This document shows positions 1-13,620 of a DNA stretch of 64,000 nt, piece by piece. The first letter of the stretch is position 1; every line of letters starts with the position of its first letter. The stretch is from Lachnospiraceae bacterium (GTDB taxonomy: Bacteria; Bacillota; Clostridia; Lachnospirales; Lachnospiraceae), in assembly GCA_017453865.1 (NCBI GenBank), contig JAFTEC010000003.1:7906-71905 (forward strand). The letters run 5' to 3'. Below the pieces are notes generated by a model, which saw only the letters and a program-made list of their open reading frames with translations, made no database searches and was not told where the DNA came from. Both the position numbers and the translations under genes were made by a program.

Positions 1-1997
1 CGGGCCGTTACAGGGATCTGACCCAGGCCTGGGAGAAGACCTTATTTGACTATATGGACGTATCTCCCCGTCAGGTATTCTCTGTTGCAACAACGTTAGT
101 GCCCTTCCTGCAGAATGATGACCCCACGAGAGCGCTCATGGGTTCAAATATGCAGCGTCAGGCTGTGCCGCTCCTTCTTACCGAGGCGCCCGCTGTCGGG
201 ACCGGTATGGAGAGAAAGGCCGCGGTCGACTCCGGCGACTGTGTTATCGCGAAGAAGCCCGGAACCGTGACCTTGGCGCAGGCGAATCTTATCAAGGTAA
301 AGAATGACGACGGAACGGATGAGGATTACCACCTTATCAAGTTCATGCGTTCCAATCAGAGTAACTGCTATAACCAGACTCCGATCGTGGAGAAGGGAGA
401 CCACATTGAGGCGGGAGATGTTATCGCCGACGGTCCCTCCACCCACGACGGTGAGCTTTCCCTCGGAAAGAATCCCCTTATCGGGTTCATGTCCTGGGAG
501 GGCTACAATTACGAGGACGCGGTTCTGCTTTCCGAGAGACTGGTGCAGCAGGATGTTTATACATCGATACATATCGAGGAATACGAGTCTGAAGCCCGTG
601 AAACAAAGCTTGGACCCGAAGAGATCACAAGGGATATTCCGGGTGTCGGTGAGGATGCCCTTCAGGATCTGGATGAAAGGGGTATTATCCGCATAGGCGC
701 CGAGGTACGCGCCGGAGATATCCTTGTGGGTAAGGTAACCCCCAAGGGAGAGACTGAGCTTACCGCGGAGGAGAGGCTCTTACGTGCGATCTTCGGAGAG
801 AAGGCACATGAGGTGAGGGATACCTCGTTAAAGGTGCCCCACGGAGAATTCGGTATTGTTGTGGACGCCAAGGTATTCAAGAGGGAGAACGGCGACGAGC
901 TCTCACCCGGCGTAAACCAGGCGGTCCGTATATACATAGCGCAGAAGAGAAAGATACAGGTGGGCGACAAGATGTCCGGACGCCACGGAAACAAGGGTGT
1001 TGTTTCCCGTGTGCTCCCGGTGGAGGATATGCCCTATCTTCCAAACGGCAGACCTCTTGACATAGTGCTGAACCCCCTTGGTGTTCCTTCACGAATGAAC
1101 ATCGGACAGGTGCTTGAGATCCATCTGTCACTGGCTGCAATGGCACTCGGCTTCAATATCTCGGTGCCCGTATTCGACGGAGCGAATGAGATAGATATCG
1201 AGGATATGCTGGAGCTTGCCGACGACTACGTGAACACGGAGTGGGAAGACTTTGAAAAGAAATATAAGGATCTCCTCCTTCCCGAGGTTCTTCAATATCT
1301 GTCGGATCACAGGGATCACAGAGAGGTTTGGAAGGGTGTCCGCATAAGCCGCGACGGTAAGGTCCGCCTCCGTGACGGACGTACCGGAGAATACTTTGAT
1401 TCACCGGTTACCATAGGACACATGCATTATCTGAAGCTCCATCATCTGGTTGACGACAAGATACATGCCCGTTCCACCGGACCGTACTCTCTCGTAACAC
1501 AGCAGCCCCTGGGAGGAAAAGCCCAGTTCGGCGGACAGAGATTCGGAGAAATGGAAGTGTGGGCTCTCGAAGCATACGGCGCAGCCTATACCCTTCAGGA
1601 GGTGCTTACCGTAAAGTCCGATGATGTGATAGGACGTGTAAAGACCTACGAAGCGATCATAAAGGGCGAGAACATACCCGAGCCCAGCGTTCCCGAGTCC
1701 TTCAAGGTGCTCTTAAAGGAGATGCAGTCACTGGGACTTGATGTCAGCGTGCTGAAGGAAGACGGAACAGAGGTCGAGATCGGCGAAAATGTTGACTACG
1801 GCGAAACGGATATGAGAGCCATTTTCAATGACGACCGTGATATCAGGCAGCAGGAGAATTACGCGAGCCACGGTTTCCAGACACAGGAATTCAATGAAGA
1901 CGGGAAACTGGAGAGCATTGAGGAAGAAGAAATAAGCGAAGAGCCTGATTTCGACGAAAGCTTTGACGGAAACGAAGATCCTGTTGACCAGTTTTAG
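1..1997 (+). CDS. rpoB: DNA-directed RNA polymerase subunit beta (5'-truncated by window edge)
   Basis: Motifs [68 protein letters not shown]; frame is open upstream of position 54 to the window edge. Confidence 0.99.
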   Translation, partial: GRYRDLTQAWEKTLFDYMDVSPRQVFSVATTLVPFLQNDDPTRALMGSNMQRQAVPLLLTEAPAVGTGMERKAAVDSGDCVIAKKPGTVTLAQANLIKVKNDDGTDEDYHLIKFMRSNQSNCYNQTPIVEKGDHIEAGDVIADGPSTHDGELSLGKNPLIGFMSWEGYNYEDAVLLSERLVQQDVYTSIHIEEYESEARETKLGPEEITRDIPGVGEDALQDLDERGIIRIGAEVRAGDILVGKVTPKGETELTAEERLLRAIFGEKAHEVRDTSLKVPHGEFGIVVDAKVFKRENGDELSPGVNQAVRIYIAQKRKIQVGDKMSGRHGNKGVVSRVLPVEDMPYLPNGRPLDIVLNPLGVPSRMNIGQVLEIHLSLAAMALGFNISVPVFDGANEIDIEDMLELADDYVNTEWEDFEKKYKDLLLPEVLQYLSDHRDHREVWKGVRISRDGKVRLRDGRTGEYFDSPVTIGHMHYLKLHHLVDDKIHARSTGPYSLVTQQPLGGKAQFGGQRFGEMEVWALEAYGAAYTLQEVLTVKSDDVIGRVKTYEAIIKGENIPEPSVPESFKVLLKEMQSLGLDVSVLKEDGTEVEIGENVDYGETDMRAIFNDDRDIRQQENYASHGFQTQEFNEDGKLESIEEEEISEEPDFDESFDGNEDPVDQF

Positions 1998-2153
1998 GAT
2001 CTGTAAACAAATTAATTGAGCAGGTTGCGCAGAATTCTTCTTCGAGATCGTGAGTCGGGATGAGGGCGCATAGCGGGCTATGTAACCGAATCCCGACTTG
2101 CGAGATCGGAGAAGAAGGCAAGCAAGATGCTCAAGTTAATTGTTTACAGATCC
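1997..2153. mobile_element. 157-bp non-autonomous hairpin element (MITE-like) between rpoB and rpoC
   Basis: Terminal inverted repeats GGATCTGTAAACAA / TTGTTTACAGATCC, nested internal inverted repeats, flanking TTA direct repeats at 1994-1996 and 2154-2156. Confidence 0.8.
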
Positions 2154-2184
2154 TTAATATCTCATTGTATGGAAGGAGTTATAA

Positions 2185-5874
<3,690 letters not shown>

Positions 5875-5888
5875 ATGGAATAAGACAC

Positions 5889-7352
5889 ATGCTATTTAAC
5901 TCGCTTGCATTTCTGGTATTTTTGCCGGTGGCATTTGCGCTGTACTGGGTGGCACCGGAGAGATTCAGATGGATAGTGCTGCTCCTTGTAAGCTATTATT
6001 TTTACATGGCGGCAAGCCCGAGGTACGTGCTGCTCTTACTCTGCACGAGCCTCGTGGTCTGGGCGGCATCCCTTGTGCTGGAAAGGGCGGACAGAGAGGA
6101 CAGGGCCTTCAGAAAAGGTATATTGGCCCTGACTCTTTTTATCTGCTTCGGTTTACTGATCTTCTTTAAATACTATAACTTTGCGGCCCGCAGCATTGTG
6201 GGGGTTATGGGGATGTTTTCGATTAATATCGAACCGCATCTCTTGAATCTCCTGATGCCTGTGGGCATTTCCTTTTACACCTTCCAGTCTACGAGCTATC
6301 TTATAGATGTCTATACGGGCAGATCAAAGGCACAGCCGAGCTTTGCCCGCTTCGCCCTCTATGTGTCCTTTTTCCCTCAGATAATCGCGGGTCCCATAGG
6401 CAGGACAAATGAGCTGATGCCCCAGCTTGAATGTAAAAGGAGGTTTGACTATGATCTCGCGGTGTCGGGTCTTAGGATGATGCTCTGGGGCTACTTCAAG
6501 AAGCTTGTTATTTCCGATGCTCTCGGTAAGTATGTGGATCTGATCTACGGAAATGTCACATATTATTTCGGCCTGACCTTTATTATGGTCTCCGTCATGT
6601 ACACCTTTCAGATATACTGCGATTTCTCCGGTTATTCCGATATCGCCATAGGTACAGCAAGGCTCTTTAATATTGAGCTTATGCAGAATTTCAAAAGCCC
6701 CTACTTTTCCACCTCCGTCCGTGAGTTCTGGTCAAGGTGGCATATTTCCCTTTCCACCTGGTTTCGGGACTATGTTTATATCCCCCTTGGGGGAAGCAGG
6801 AACGGGAAGGTCAGGAAGAACCTTAACCTGATGGCTACAATGCTTGTGTCCGGCGTATGGCATGGCGCGAACTGGACCTTTGTGCTCTGGGGCGGTCTTC
6901 ACGGGCTCTATCAGGTGGCAGAGGGTATATTCAGGGATATTTTCCCGAAGGATAAGGAAAAAAAGGAGAGCCGCATAAAGCTCATACTTCACGGTATACT
7001 GACCTTTGCCCTCGTGAATCTCGCCTGGATCTTCTTCCGTGCGGACAGTATAAGCGACGCCCTGTTCATCGTGACCCATCTTCATAACGGTGTGGTGCTG
7101 CATTTCTTAAATGCCTGGGAAAAGATGAAGGTTGATATGCTGATAACGGACGTGGGACTCTGGAAGCTGCTTGCCGCGATAGTTGTTCTAATGATATATG
7201 ATTTCTTTGCCCTAAGGCATGACATCCCGAAGGAGATGTCAAAGTGGAAGCTGCCTTTACGCTGGCTTATCTATGTGGGTGTCACCACTCTTATCATCAT
7301 AAACAAGCTGCACGGGGGAACCACCCAGCAGTTCATCTACTTCAATTTCTAG
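5889..7352 (+). CDS. MBOAT family O-acyltransferase (AlgI/PatA/DltB-like)
   Basis: MLFNS start, PVGISFYTFQ, IYCDFSGYSDIA, EFWSRWHISLSTWFRDYVYIPLGG, catalytic GVWHGA, C-terminal FIYFNF. Confidence 0.93.
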   Translation: MLFNSLAFLVFLPVAFALYWVAPERFRWIVLLLVSYYFYMAASPRYVLLLLCTSLVVWAASLVLERADREDRAFRKGILALTLFICFGLLIFFKYYNFAARSIVGVMGMFSINIEPHLLNLLMPVGISFYTFQSTSYLIDVYTGRSKAQPSFARFALYVSFFPQIIAGPIGRTNELMPQLECKRRFDYDLAVSGLRMMLWGYFKKLVISDALGKYVDLIYGNVTYYFGLTFIMVSVMYTFQIYCDFSGYSDIAIGTARLFNIELMQNFKSPYFSTSVREFWSRWHISLSTWFRDYVYIPLGGSRNGKVRKNLNLMATMLVSGVWHGANWTFVLWGGLHGLYQVAEGIFRDIFPKDKEKKESRIKLILHGILTFALVNLAWIFFRADSISDALFIVTHLHNGVVLHFLNAWEKMKVDMLITDVGLWKLLAAIVVLMIYDFFALRHDIPKEMSKWKLPLRWLIYVGVTTLIIINKLHGGTTQQFIYFNF

Positions 7353-7374
7353 ACAGGATATTTACTCTAATTAT

Positions 7375-7403
7375 TTGCGAATAGGGCTGCAATAGAGTAG
7401 AAT
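7375..7403 (+). promoter_or_regulatory. Putative sigma-A promoter
   Basis: TTGCGA-17 bp-TAGAAT, 10 nt before the ATG at 7414. Confidence 0.5.
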
Positions 7404-7413
7404 ATAGGGCATA

Positions 7414-8475
7414 ATGAAGAGATTTCTCGGAAAATGCCTTATATTTTTGCTGATTCTTTCGGTGATCTTTTTACCGATGGGAATAGGGCTTGATCCCTAC
7501 AATATCTTTCACTGGAACAATATCAGGAATAACGGCGTGGAGCCGAATAAGGGCTACGTGAAAATGATGAATATCCTAAGGAATCCGGATAAGTACGATT
7601 CCTATCTTTTCGGCTCTTCCCGGGCGGGCTTTTTTGATGTGTCGAAAATGAACGACGGGCATTACTATGATATGGCCTATTCCGAGGGAACGCCGGGGGA
7701 GCATCTCCAGAACCTTAAGGATATGCTCAGCCGTGGTGTGAAGATAAAGAATGTCACGATGGGTGTAGACGATATATCCTATTTTGTGGATCCTGATTTC
7801 CATAAGGACCAGCTCTACAGAAAGCCCTTTCCCTGGAGCGGGAGCCTCACCGACAAGGCGGGCTTTTATCTCTCATATCTGGATCTTATAACCCTGTCCC
7901 AGTCCGTTGAGGTCATTATGAAGCATAAGAATACCGACCCCTTCTACGGGAAGAGGCTTTTAGAGACCGGAACCGAAAACTTAAGCATTAAGACCGATTT
8001 TCACTATGAAAAGACCGACGCCACCTGGTCGGATTATTATTATCCCAGGGAGGAAGGGCTTGATGAGATAAGGGAGATAGTGGAGCTATGCAGGGAAAAT
8101 GACATCAATCTCAGGGTCTTTACGAATCCCCTTAACGGCTATACCTATCAGAAGGACATTGCAAACGGCTACATCATCTTTCTTAAAAAGCTTGCAGCCG
8201 TTACTCCTTACTGGAATTTCAGCGGCTTTAACGATGTGACCCTTGATATGACCAATTATTACGAGACCAGCCACTTTTCTCCTGCCGTTGCGGACAGCAT
8301 TATAGACAGGATTTACAATGACAAGGTTGATAAGGAGCTTTTGAAGCAGGGCTACGGCATGTATGTGACAGAGGAGAATGTGGACGAGCTTACGGATATT
8401 CTTTATGCCCAGGCGGTGAATTTTGACCTGCCGGTGGACACTTATCCGGATACGATCAATAAGCCGGAGGAATAA
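7414..8475 (+). CDS. Membrane-anchored SGNH-like protein, probable extracytoplasmic partner of the MBOAT
   Basis: N-terminal TM helix, LFGSSR block-I-like motif, YYETSHF (D/ExxH-like) motif; adjacent to MBOAT. Confidence 0.65.
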   Translation: MKRFLGKCLIFLLILSVIFLPMGIGLDPYNIFHWNNIRNNGVEPNKGYVKMMNILRNPDKYDSYLFGSSRAGFFDVSKMNDGHYYDMAYSEGTPGEHLQNLKDMLSRGVKIKNVTMGVDDISYFVDPDFHKDQLYRKPFPWSGSLTDKAGFYLSYLDLITLSQSVEVIMKHKNTDPFYGKRLLETGTENLSIKTDFHYEKTDATWSDYYYPREEGLDEIREIVELCRENDINLRVFTNPLNGYTYQKDIANGYIIFLKKLAAVTPYWNFSGFNDVTLDMTNYYETSHFSPAVADSIIDRIYNDKVDKELLKQGYGMYVTEENVDELTDILYAQAVNFDLPVDTYPDTINKPEE

Positions 8476-8529
8476 GCTCCTTTATATGAGAAGGTTAAAC
8501 CGGAGATTTAATAACGGAGGGGTACGGTT

Positions 8530-9537
8530 ATGACGTTCAGTTTATGCATGATAGTTAAGAATGAAGCAGAGATACTGCGGCGCTGCCTTGATCCGATAAA
8601 GGATCTGATGGACGAGATCATCATAGTGGATACCGGTTCCACGGATGATACAAAGAAGATAGCTGCCGAGTATACCGACAAGGTTTATGATTTTGAGTGG
8701 AATGATGATTTTTCCGCCGCCAGAAACTACGCCTTCTCCTTTGCGACCTGCGATTATATTTACAGCGCGGATGCGGATGAGGTGATAGACGGGAAGAATG
8801 TGGAGCGCTTCAGGCAGCTGAAGGAAGCCCTTCTGCCGGAGGTGGAGATAGTACAGATGTACTACACCAACCAGCTGGAAGCGAATACCACTTATAATTA
8901 CGACAGGGAGCTGAGGCCGAAGCTCTATAAGAGGTTACGTACCCCGCTCTGGGAGGATCCGCTGCATGAGGCCGTCAGGATAAAGCCCGTGATCTTTGAC
9001 AGCAATGTGGAGATAAAGCACTGTCCCGTGTCCGTACACAGCGGAAGGGATTTCTCTATTTTCCGTAAGATCATAAAGAAGGACGGGGATATTTCAAACC
9101 ACCTTGCGAGGATGTACGCAAGGGAGCTCTTTATCTCAGGTACCGATGAGGATTTCCTGGAGGCAAAGGACTTTTTCAGACGCAGGATGGATAAGGACAG
9201 TGAGGAGGAGCTGGTGCTGATGGCTGCCTGTGTCGTGATAAAATGTGCCAGACTCCTTGATGACACCTCCCTTATGCTCCTTGCTTCATCCAGGGCACTG
9301 GCTTCGGAGCATACTCCTTCGGAAGCGGTCTTCGAGCTCGGAGAATACTACCGCAGCAGGCGGAATTATAAGGAGGCCTGCATGTGGTATTATAATGCGG
9401 CCTTTGAGACGGAGCCGCTGCTTAACCTCAAGTACCACGATTCCTATCCCTATCTCGGACTGCATATCTCATATGTGATAATGGGCGACAGGGAGAATGC
9501 GGCAAAATTTGCGAATTACGCCAAGGATCTGAGATGA
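8530..9537 (+). CDS. GT2 glycosyltransferase with C-terminal TPR-like region
   Basis: SLCMIVKNE, IIVDTGSTD, DFSAARN, DADE motifs; helical C-terminus; RBS GGAGG. Confidence 0.88.
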   Translation: MTFSLCMIVKNEAEILRRCLDPIKDLMDEIIIVDTGSTDDTKKIAAEYTDKVYDFEWNDDFSAARNYAFSFATCDYIYSADADEVIDGKNVERFRQLKEALLPEVEIVQMYYTNQLEANTTYNYDRELRPKLYKRLRTPLWEDPLHEAVRIKPVIFDSNVEIKHCPVSVHSGRDFSIFRKIIKKDGDISNHLARMYARELFISGTDEDFLEAKDFFRRRMDKDSEEELVLMAACVVIKCARLLDDTSLMLLASSRALASEHTPSEAVFELGEYYRSRRNYKEACMWYYNAAFETEPLLNLKYHDSYPYLGLHISYVIMGDRENAAKFANYAKDLR

Positions 9538-9555
9538 GGATGAAGGAGTGATAAG

Positions 9556-9584
9556 TTGAGGAAGAACTCTGATTATGATAGAAT
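9556..9584 (+). promoter_or_regulatory. Putative sigma-A promoter of the rml/glycan operon
   Basis: TTGAGG-17 bp-TAGAAT with extended TG. Confidence 0.5.
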
Positions 9585-9644
9585 ATGGGCTTGATGAGAA
9601 GACCGAAGGGTCTGAATGACAGTACACAGAGGAGGACGGAATAA

Positions 9645-10727
9645 TTGAAAACATACCTTGTGACAGGAGGAGCAGGGTTTATCGGCTCTAATTTCATACA
9701 TTATATGTTCGCTAAATACGGGAAGGATATCCGTATAATAAATGTGGATGCCCTGACCTATGCCGGAAATCTCGAAAACCTTGAAGGTCTCGATAAGGAG
9801 TATGAGCTTGTCTTTATCAAGGCTGATATCAGGGACAGGGAAGCGGTCTCGGGGATCTTTAAGGAAAATGATATTGACTATGTTGTGAATTTCGCAGCAG
9901 AGAGCCACGTGGACAGAAGTATTGAGAATCCGGAGATCTTTGTGGAAACCAATGTTCTCGGCACCCTTATAATGCTGAACGCGGCAAAGGCAGCATGGGA
10001 AAATGAGGACGGGAGCTTTAAGGAGGGGAAGCGTTTCCTCCATGTGTCGACGGATGAGGTTTACGGATCCTTAAGTGACCCGAAGGATTATTTCTACGAG
10101 GATACTCCCTATGATCCCCACAGCCCCTATTCAGCCAGCAAGGCTTCCTCTGATTTTATCGTAAAGGCGTATGTGGACACCTATCATTTTCCGGGTGTCA
10201 TCACCAACTGCTCCAATAATTACGGACCCTACCAGTTCCCGGAAAAACTCATACCGCTTATCATCAACAATGCGCTGCACGGAAAGAAGCTGCCGGTATA
10301 CGGCGACGGAAAGAATGTAAGGGACTGGCTCTATGTGGATGATCACTGCAAGGGCATAGATATGGTTTTAAATAAAGGCAGGATCGGCGAAAAATATAAT
10401 ATCGGCGGACATAATGAAAAGCAGAATATCGAGATCGTTCATATCATCCTCGATACCCTGAGAGATATACTGCCTGAGGACGACCCCAGAAGGAAGAACG
10501 TGAGTGAGGACCTTATCACCTTCGTAACTGACAGGAAGGGGCATGACAGACGCTACGCCATCGCTCCTGACAAGATAAAAAAGGAGCTTTCCTGGGAGCC
10601 CGAGACCGCGTTTAAGGACGGCATAAGGAAGACCGTAGAGTGGTATCTGTCCCACGAGGAGTGGATGGCACACGTGACCAGCGGCGATTATCAGTCGTAT
10701 TATGAGAAGATGTACGAAGGGCGATGA
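9645..10727 (+). CDS. rfbB: dTDP-glucose 4,6-dehydratase
   Basis: GGAGFIG, AAESHVDRSI, STDEVYG, YSASK, GHDRRY; TTG start after GAGGAGG. Confidence 0.97.
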   Translation: MKTYLVTGGAGFIGSNFIHYMFAKYGKDIRIINVDALTYAGNLENLEGLDKEYELVFIKADIRDREAVSGIFKENDIDYVVNFAAESHVDRSIENPEIFVETNVLGTLIMLNAAKAAWENEDGSFKEGKRFLHVSTDEVYGSLSDPKDYFYEDTPYDPHSPYSASKASSDFIVKAYVDTYHFPGVITNCSNNYGPYQFPEKLIPLIINNALHGKKLPVYGDGKNVRDWLYVDDHCKGIDMVLNKGRIGEKYNIGGHNEKQNIEIVHIILDTLRDILPEDDPRRKNVSEDLITFVTDRKGHDRRYAIAPDKIKKELSWEPETAFKDGIRKTVEWYLSHEEWMAHVTSGDYQSYYEKMYEGR

Positions 10728-10730
10728 GAA

Positions 10731-10802
10731 GGATCCTTCGTCGTTATACTCATAAGGATGGCAGAAAATATTGTCATTCCGAGTGAATAGAAGAAGCTTT
10801 AT
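10731..10802. repeat. Degenerate TGTCATTCCG-type REP-like repeat
   Basis: 10772-10802 matches 59719-59749 at 28/31 nt; preceded by a GATCCTTCG...AGGATGGCA half. Confidence 0.6.
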
Positions 10803-10816
10803 AAGGAGTACATTCA

Positions 10817-11686
10817 ATGAAAGGAATAATACTAGCCGGAGGAAGCGGAACCCGTCTCTACCCCCTTACAAAGGCGGTTTCAAAGCAGATGATGCCGGTA
10901 TACGACAAGCCTATGATTTATTATCCCCTTTCCGCACTGATGCTTGCGGGAATAAGGGAGATACTGATCATTTCCACCCCGAGGGATCTTCCTGCCTTCA
11001 GGGAGCTCTTCGGAGACGGCTCGGAGCTTGGCTTAAGCTTTTCATACAAGGTTCAGGAGAAGCCGAACGGTCTTGCGGAGGCCTTCATCATAGGTGCGGA
11101 TTTTATCGGGAATGACAGGGTTGCAATGGTCCTCGGCGACAATATCTTTTACGGCCACGATTTTTCAAATGTATTGAAAAGAGCGGCAGGGAGAGAGAAG
11201 GGAGCGACCATTTTCGGCTACTACGTAAAGAACCCGAAGGAATACGGAGTGGTGGAATTCGATAAGGAGGGAAGGGCTGTTTCGATAGAGGAAAAGCCTG
11301 AGCATCCGAAGTCAAAATATGCGGTTCCGGGACTTTATTTCTACGATAATGACGTGGTGGAGATCGCGCGGAATGTGAAGCCCTCCGCCAGAGGTGAGCT
11401 GGAGATCACCACCGTAAATAATGAGTATTTAAGCCGCAGTAATCTTTACGTGGAAACCCTGGGACGGGGCTTTGCCTGGCTTGACACGGGAAGCCATGAC
11501 TCCCTGCTCGATGCGGCGGATTTTGTAGCCGCCTTCCAGAAGAGGCAGGGACTCTACATTTCCTGCATAGAAGAGATAGCCTATAAGAGGGGATTCATCA
11601 GCCGTGAGCAGCTTTTGAAGCTTTCGGAGCCTCTGTTGAAGACCGCTTACGGGCAGTATCTCGTAGACGTGGCGAATGGGGTTTAA
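10817..11686 (+). CDS. rfbA: Glucose-1-phosphate thymidylyltransferase
   Basis: [44 protein letters not shown]. Confidence 0.98.
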   Translation: MKGIILAGGSGTRLYPLTKAVSKQMMPVYDKPMIYYPLSALMLAGIREILIISTPRDLPAFRELFGDGSELGLSFSYKVQEKPNGLAEAFIIGADFIGNDRVAMVLGDNIFYGHDFSNVLKRAAGREKGATIFGYYVKNPKEYGVVEFDKEGRAVSIEEKPEHPKSKYAVPGLYFYDNDVVEIARNVKPSARGELEITTVNNEYLSRSNLYVETLGRGFAWLDTGSHDSLLDAADFVAAFQKRQGLYISCIEEIAYKRGFISREQLLKLSEPLLKTAYGQYLVDVANGV

Positions 11687-12986
11687 GAGATTCGGGATAA
11701 TCGCGGTCGCAGCCGCTTTTCTGGTTGTGGCCGCTTTCTTTGTGTTTTTGCTGAATTCATTTGAAGAGGGCTCTGTAAATTCAGAGGAGCTTCAGGAACA
11801 GAGCTCCGGAGCGGAAAACAGAGCCGGAACGGGGATCGGATCCGGAACGGGGAATGAAGCCGGAGCCGGGAGCGAGACGGAGGAGGGCTACAGGGATCTC
11901 CGGCACTCGGGAGTGGAGAGCATAAAGCCGGAAACACCCCGGGAAAAGGATCCGATAGACGAAGAAAAAGCGGAAGAGGACAGGTGGACTGAGGTAAATC
12001 TTCTCCTGTCATCCGTAAACCGGGACATAAAGATCATGATAACCACCGCCGAAGGGAAGCTTATCACGGGAGTCCCCTTCAGGGCAGAGATTACAAGGTC
12101 CGGAAGGCAGGCCGAATATGAGGACAGCGACAGAGACGGGATCATTTTGGCGGCGGATCTCGGAAGCGGAAAATACACGGTACGGCTGAAGCCGGAGAAG
12201 GGCTATATCACCCCGGACAGTGAAAGCACGGTATCGGTAAGGAGCGGCATAAGCTATCAGGCGGTTGACTACATAAGGACCCTTATAAGGACCGAGGACG
12301 AGGTGGATGCCGACGCCGAGGATACGGCAGAGCTCGGGGAGTTCGATGACGGGAAGCTTCTGGAAGCCGGAGAGATAGATCTTGAAAAGGGCACCATCGG
12401 AATAGATGTTTCAAAATACAATAAGGACATAGACTGGGAAAAGGTAAGGGACGCCGGCATTGAATACGTGATCATCCGTATGGGCTACAGAGGCTCCAGC
12501 ACGGGGGCTCTGGTGGAGGATCCCTATTATGAGCGGAACCTGAAGGGCGCGAAGGACGCGGGGCTGAAGATCGGTGTATATTTCTTTACCCAGGCGCTTA
12601 ATGAGACGGAGGCCATAGAGGAAGCCAGTATGGTTAAGACCCTTGTTTCCGCCGGGGAGCTGTCACTGCCGGTATTCCTGGATGTGGAATCTTCGGGAGG
12701 AAGAGGGGATCTCGTAAACAGGGAGCAGAGGACCAGGAATATCAGGGCCTTCATCGAGACCCTGGAAAACGCGGGCTACAGAGCCGGATATTACGCAAAT
12801 AAAAACTGGCTTCATAATCATATTTACGCCGATCAGCTGGAGGAGTTCCCGTTATGGCTTGCACAGTACAAGGCGGTGCGTCCCACCTATAATGCGAGGT
12901 ATGATATGTGGCAGTATTCCTCAAAGGGCCACGTGGACGGCATTGAGGGCTATGTGGATCTGAATCTCAATTTATCGCTGCGATAG
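11676..12986 (+). CDS. Membrane-anchored GH25 muramidase (lysozyme family)
   Basis: N-terminal TM, Gly/Glu-rich linker, [12 protein letters not shown] catalytic motif, WQYSSKG...VDLN. Confidence 0.9.
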   Translation: MGFKRFGIIAVAAAFLVVAAFFVFLLNSFEEGSVNSEELQEQSSGAENRAGTGIGSGTGNEAGAGSETEEGYRDLRHSGVESIKPETPREKDPIDEEKAEEDRWTEVNLLLSSVNRDIKIMITTAEGKLITGVPFRAEITRSGRQAEYEDSDRDGIILAADLGSGKYTVRLKPEKGYITPDSESTVSVRSGISYQAVDYIRTLIRTEDEVDADAEDTAELGEFDDGKLLEAGEIDLEKGTIGIDVSKYNKDIDWEKVRDAGIEYVIIRMGYRGSSTGALVEDPYYERNLKGAKDAGLKIGVYFFTQALNETEAIEEASMVKTLVSAGELSLPVFLDVESSGGRGDLVNREQRTRNIRAFIETLENAGYRAGYYANKNWLHNHIYADQLEEFPLWLAQYKAVRPTYNARYDMWQYSSKGHVDGIEGYVDLNLNLSLR

Positions 12987-13053
12987 GGAAAACAAAACGT
13001 CCATTCCATTCGCTCAGGATGATACAAGCATACAGAAAGGAGTACAAAAGAAA

Positions 13054-13620
13054 ATGGGGCAGATAAAGGTTGAGACCTGTGAAATAGAGGGCATAAAGCT
13101 TATCACACCGCAGGTTTTCGGGGATCAGAGAGGTTATTTTTCCGAGACCTACAGAAAGGATCAGTTTGCGGAGGCAGGAATAGACTGCGAATTCGTGCAG
13201 GATAACCAGTCCTCCTCCACAAAGGGGGTCTTAAGGGGAATGCATTTCCAGAAGAATTTCCCCCAGGCTAAGCTGGTCCGTGTGATAAGAGGACGGGTTT
13301 ATGACGTCGCCGTGGATCTTAGGGAGGGCTCAAAAACCTTCGGAAGGTGGTTCGGAGCCGAGCTTTCGGAGGAAAATAAAAAGATGCTCTTCATACCGAG
13401 GGGCTTTGCACACGGCTTTCTGGTGCTTTCCGATACTGCGGAATTCTGCTATAAATGTGATGACTTCTATCATGCGGGAGACGACGGGGGGCTTAGGTTT
13501 AATGACCCGGAGATCGGTATAGAATGGCCGGATGAGATAAGACCGGAGGACTTCAATATTCACGACCGGGACAGGAACTGGCAGGATTTTGCAACGTACA
13601 GAGCTGAACGGGGATTATGA
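13054..13620 (+). CDS. rfbC: dTDP-4-dehydrorhamnose 3,5-epimerase
   Basis: DQRGYF, FVQDNQS, GVLRGMHFQ, GFAHGF. Confidence 0.97.
   Translation: MGQIKVETCEIEGIKLITPQVFGDQRGYFSETYRKDQFAEAGIDCEFVQDNQSSSTKGVLRGMHFQKNFPQAKLVRVIRGRVYDVAVDLREGSKTFGRWFGAELSEENKKMLFIPRGFAHGFLVLSDTAEFCYKCDDFYHAGDDGGLRFNDPEIGIEWPDEIRPEDFNIHDRDRNWQDFATYRAERGL

Noticed and set aside
1210-1350. Extra segment in RpoB as a possible intein
   Set aside because: Short, lacks intein splice motifs; consistent with a lineage-specific insertion.
11805-11885. CCGGA-rich short repeats in the GH25 gene
   Set aside because: Explained by a Gly/Ser/Ala low-complexity linker; not a perfect phase-variable tract.
11676-12986. GH25 lysozyme as a prophage endolysin
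   Set aside because: It has an N-terminal membrane anchor, is coupled to rfbA, and has no holin or other phage genes nearby.
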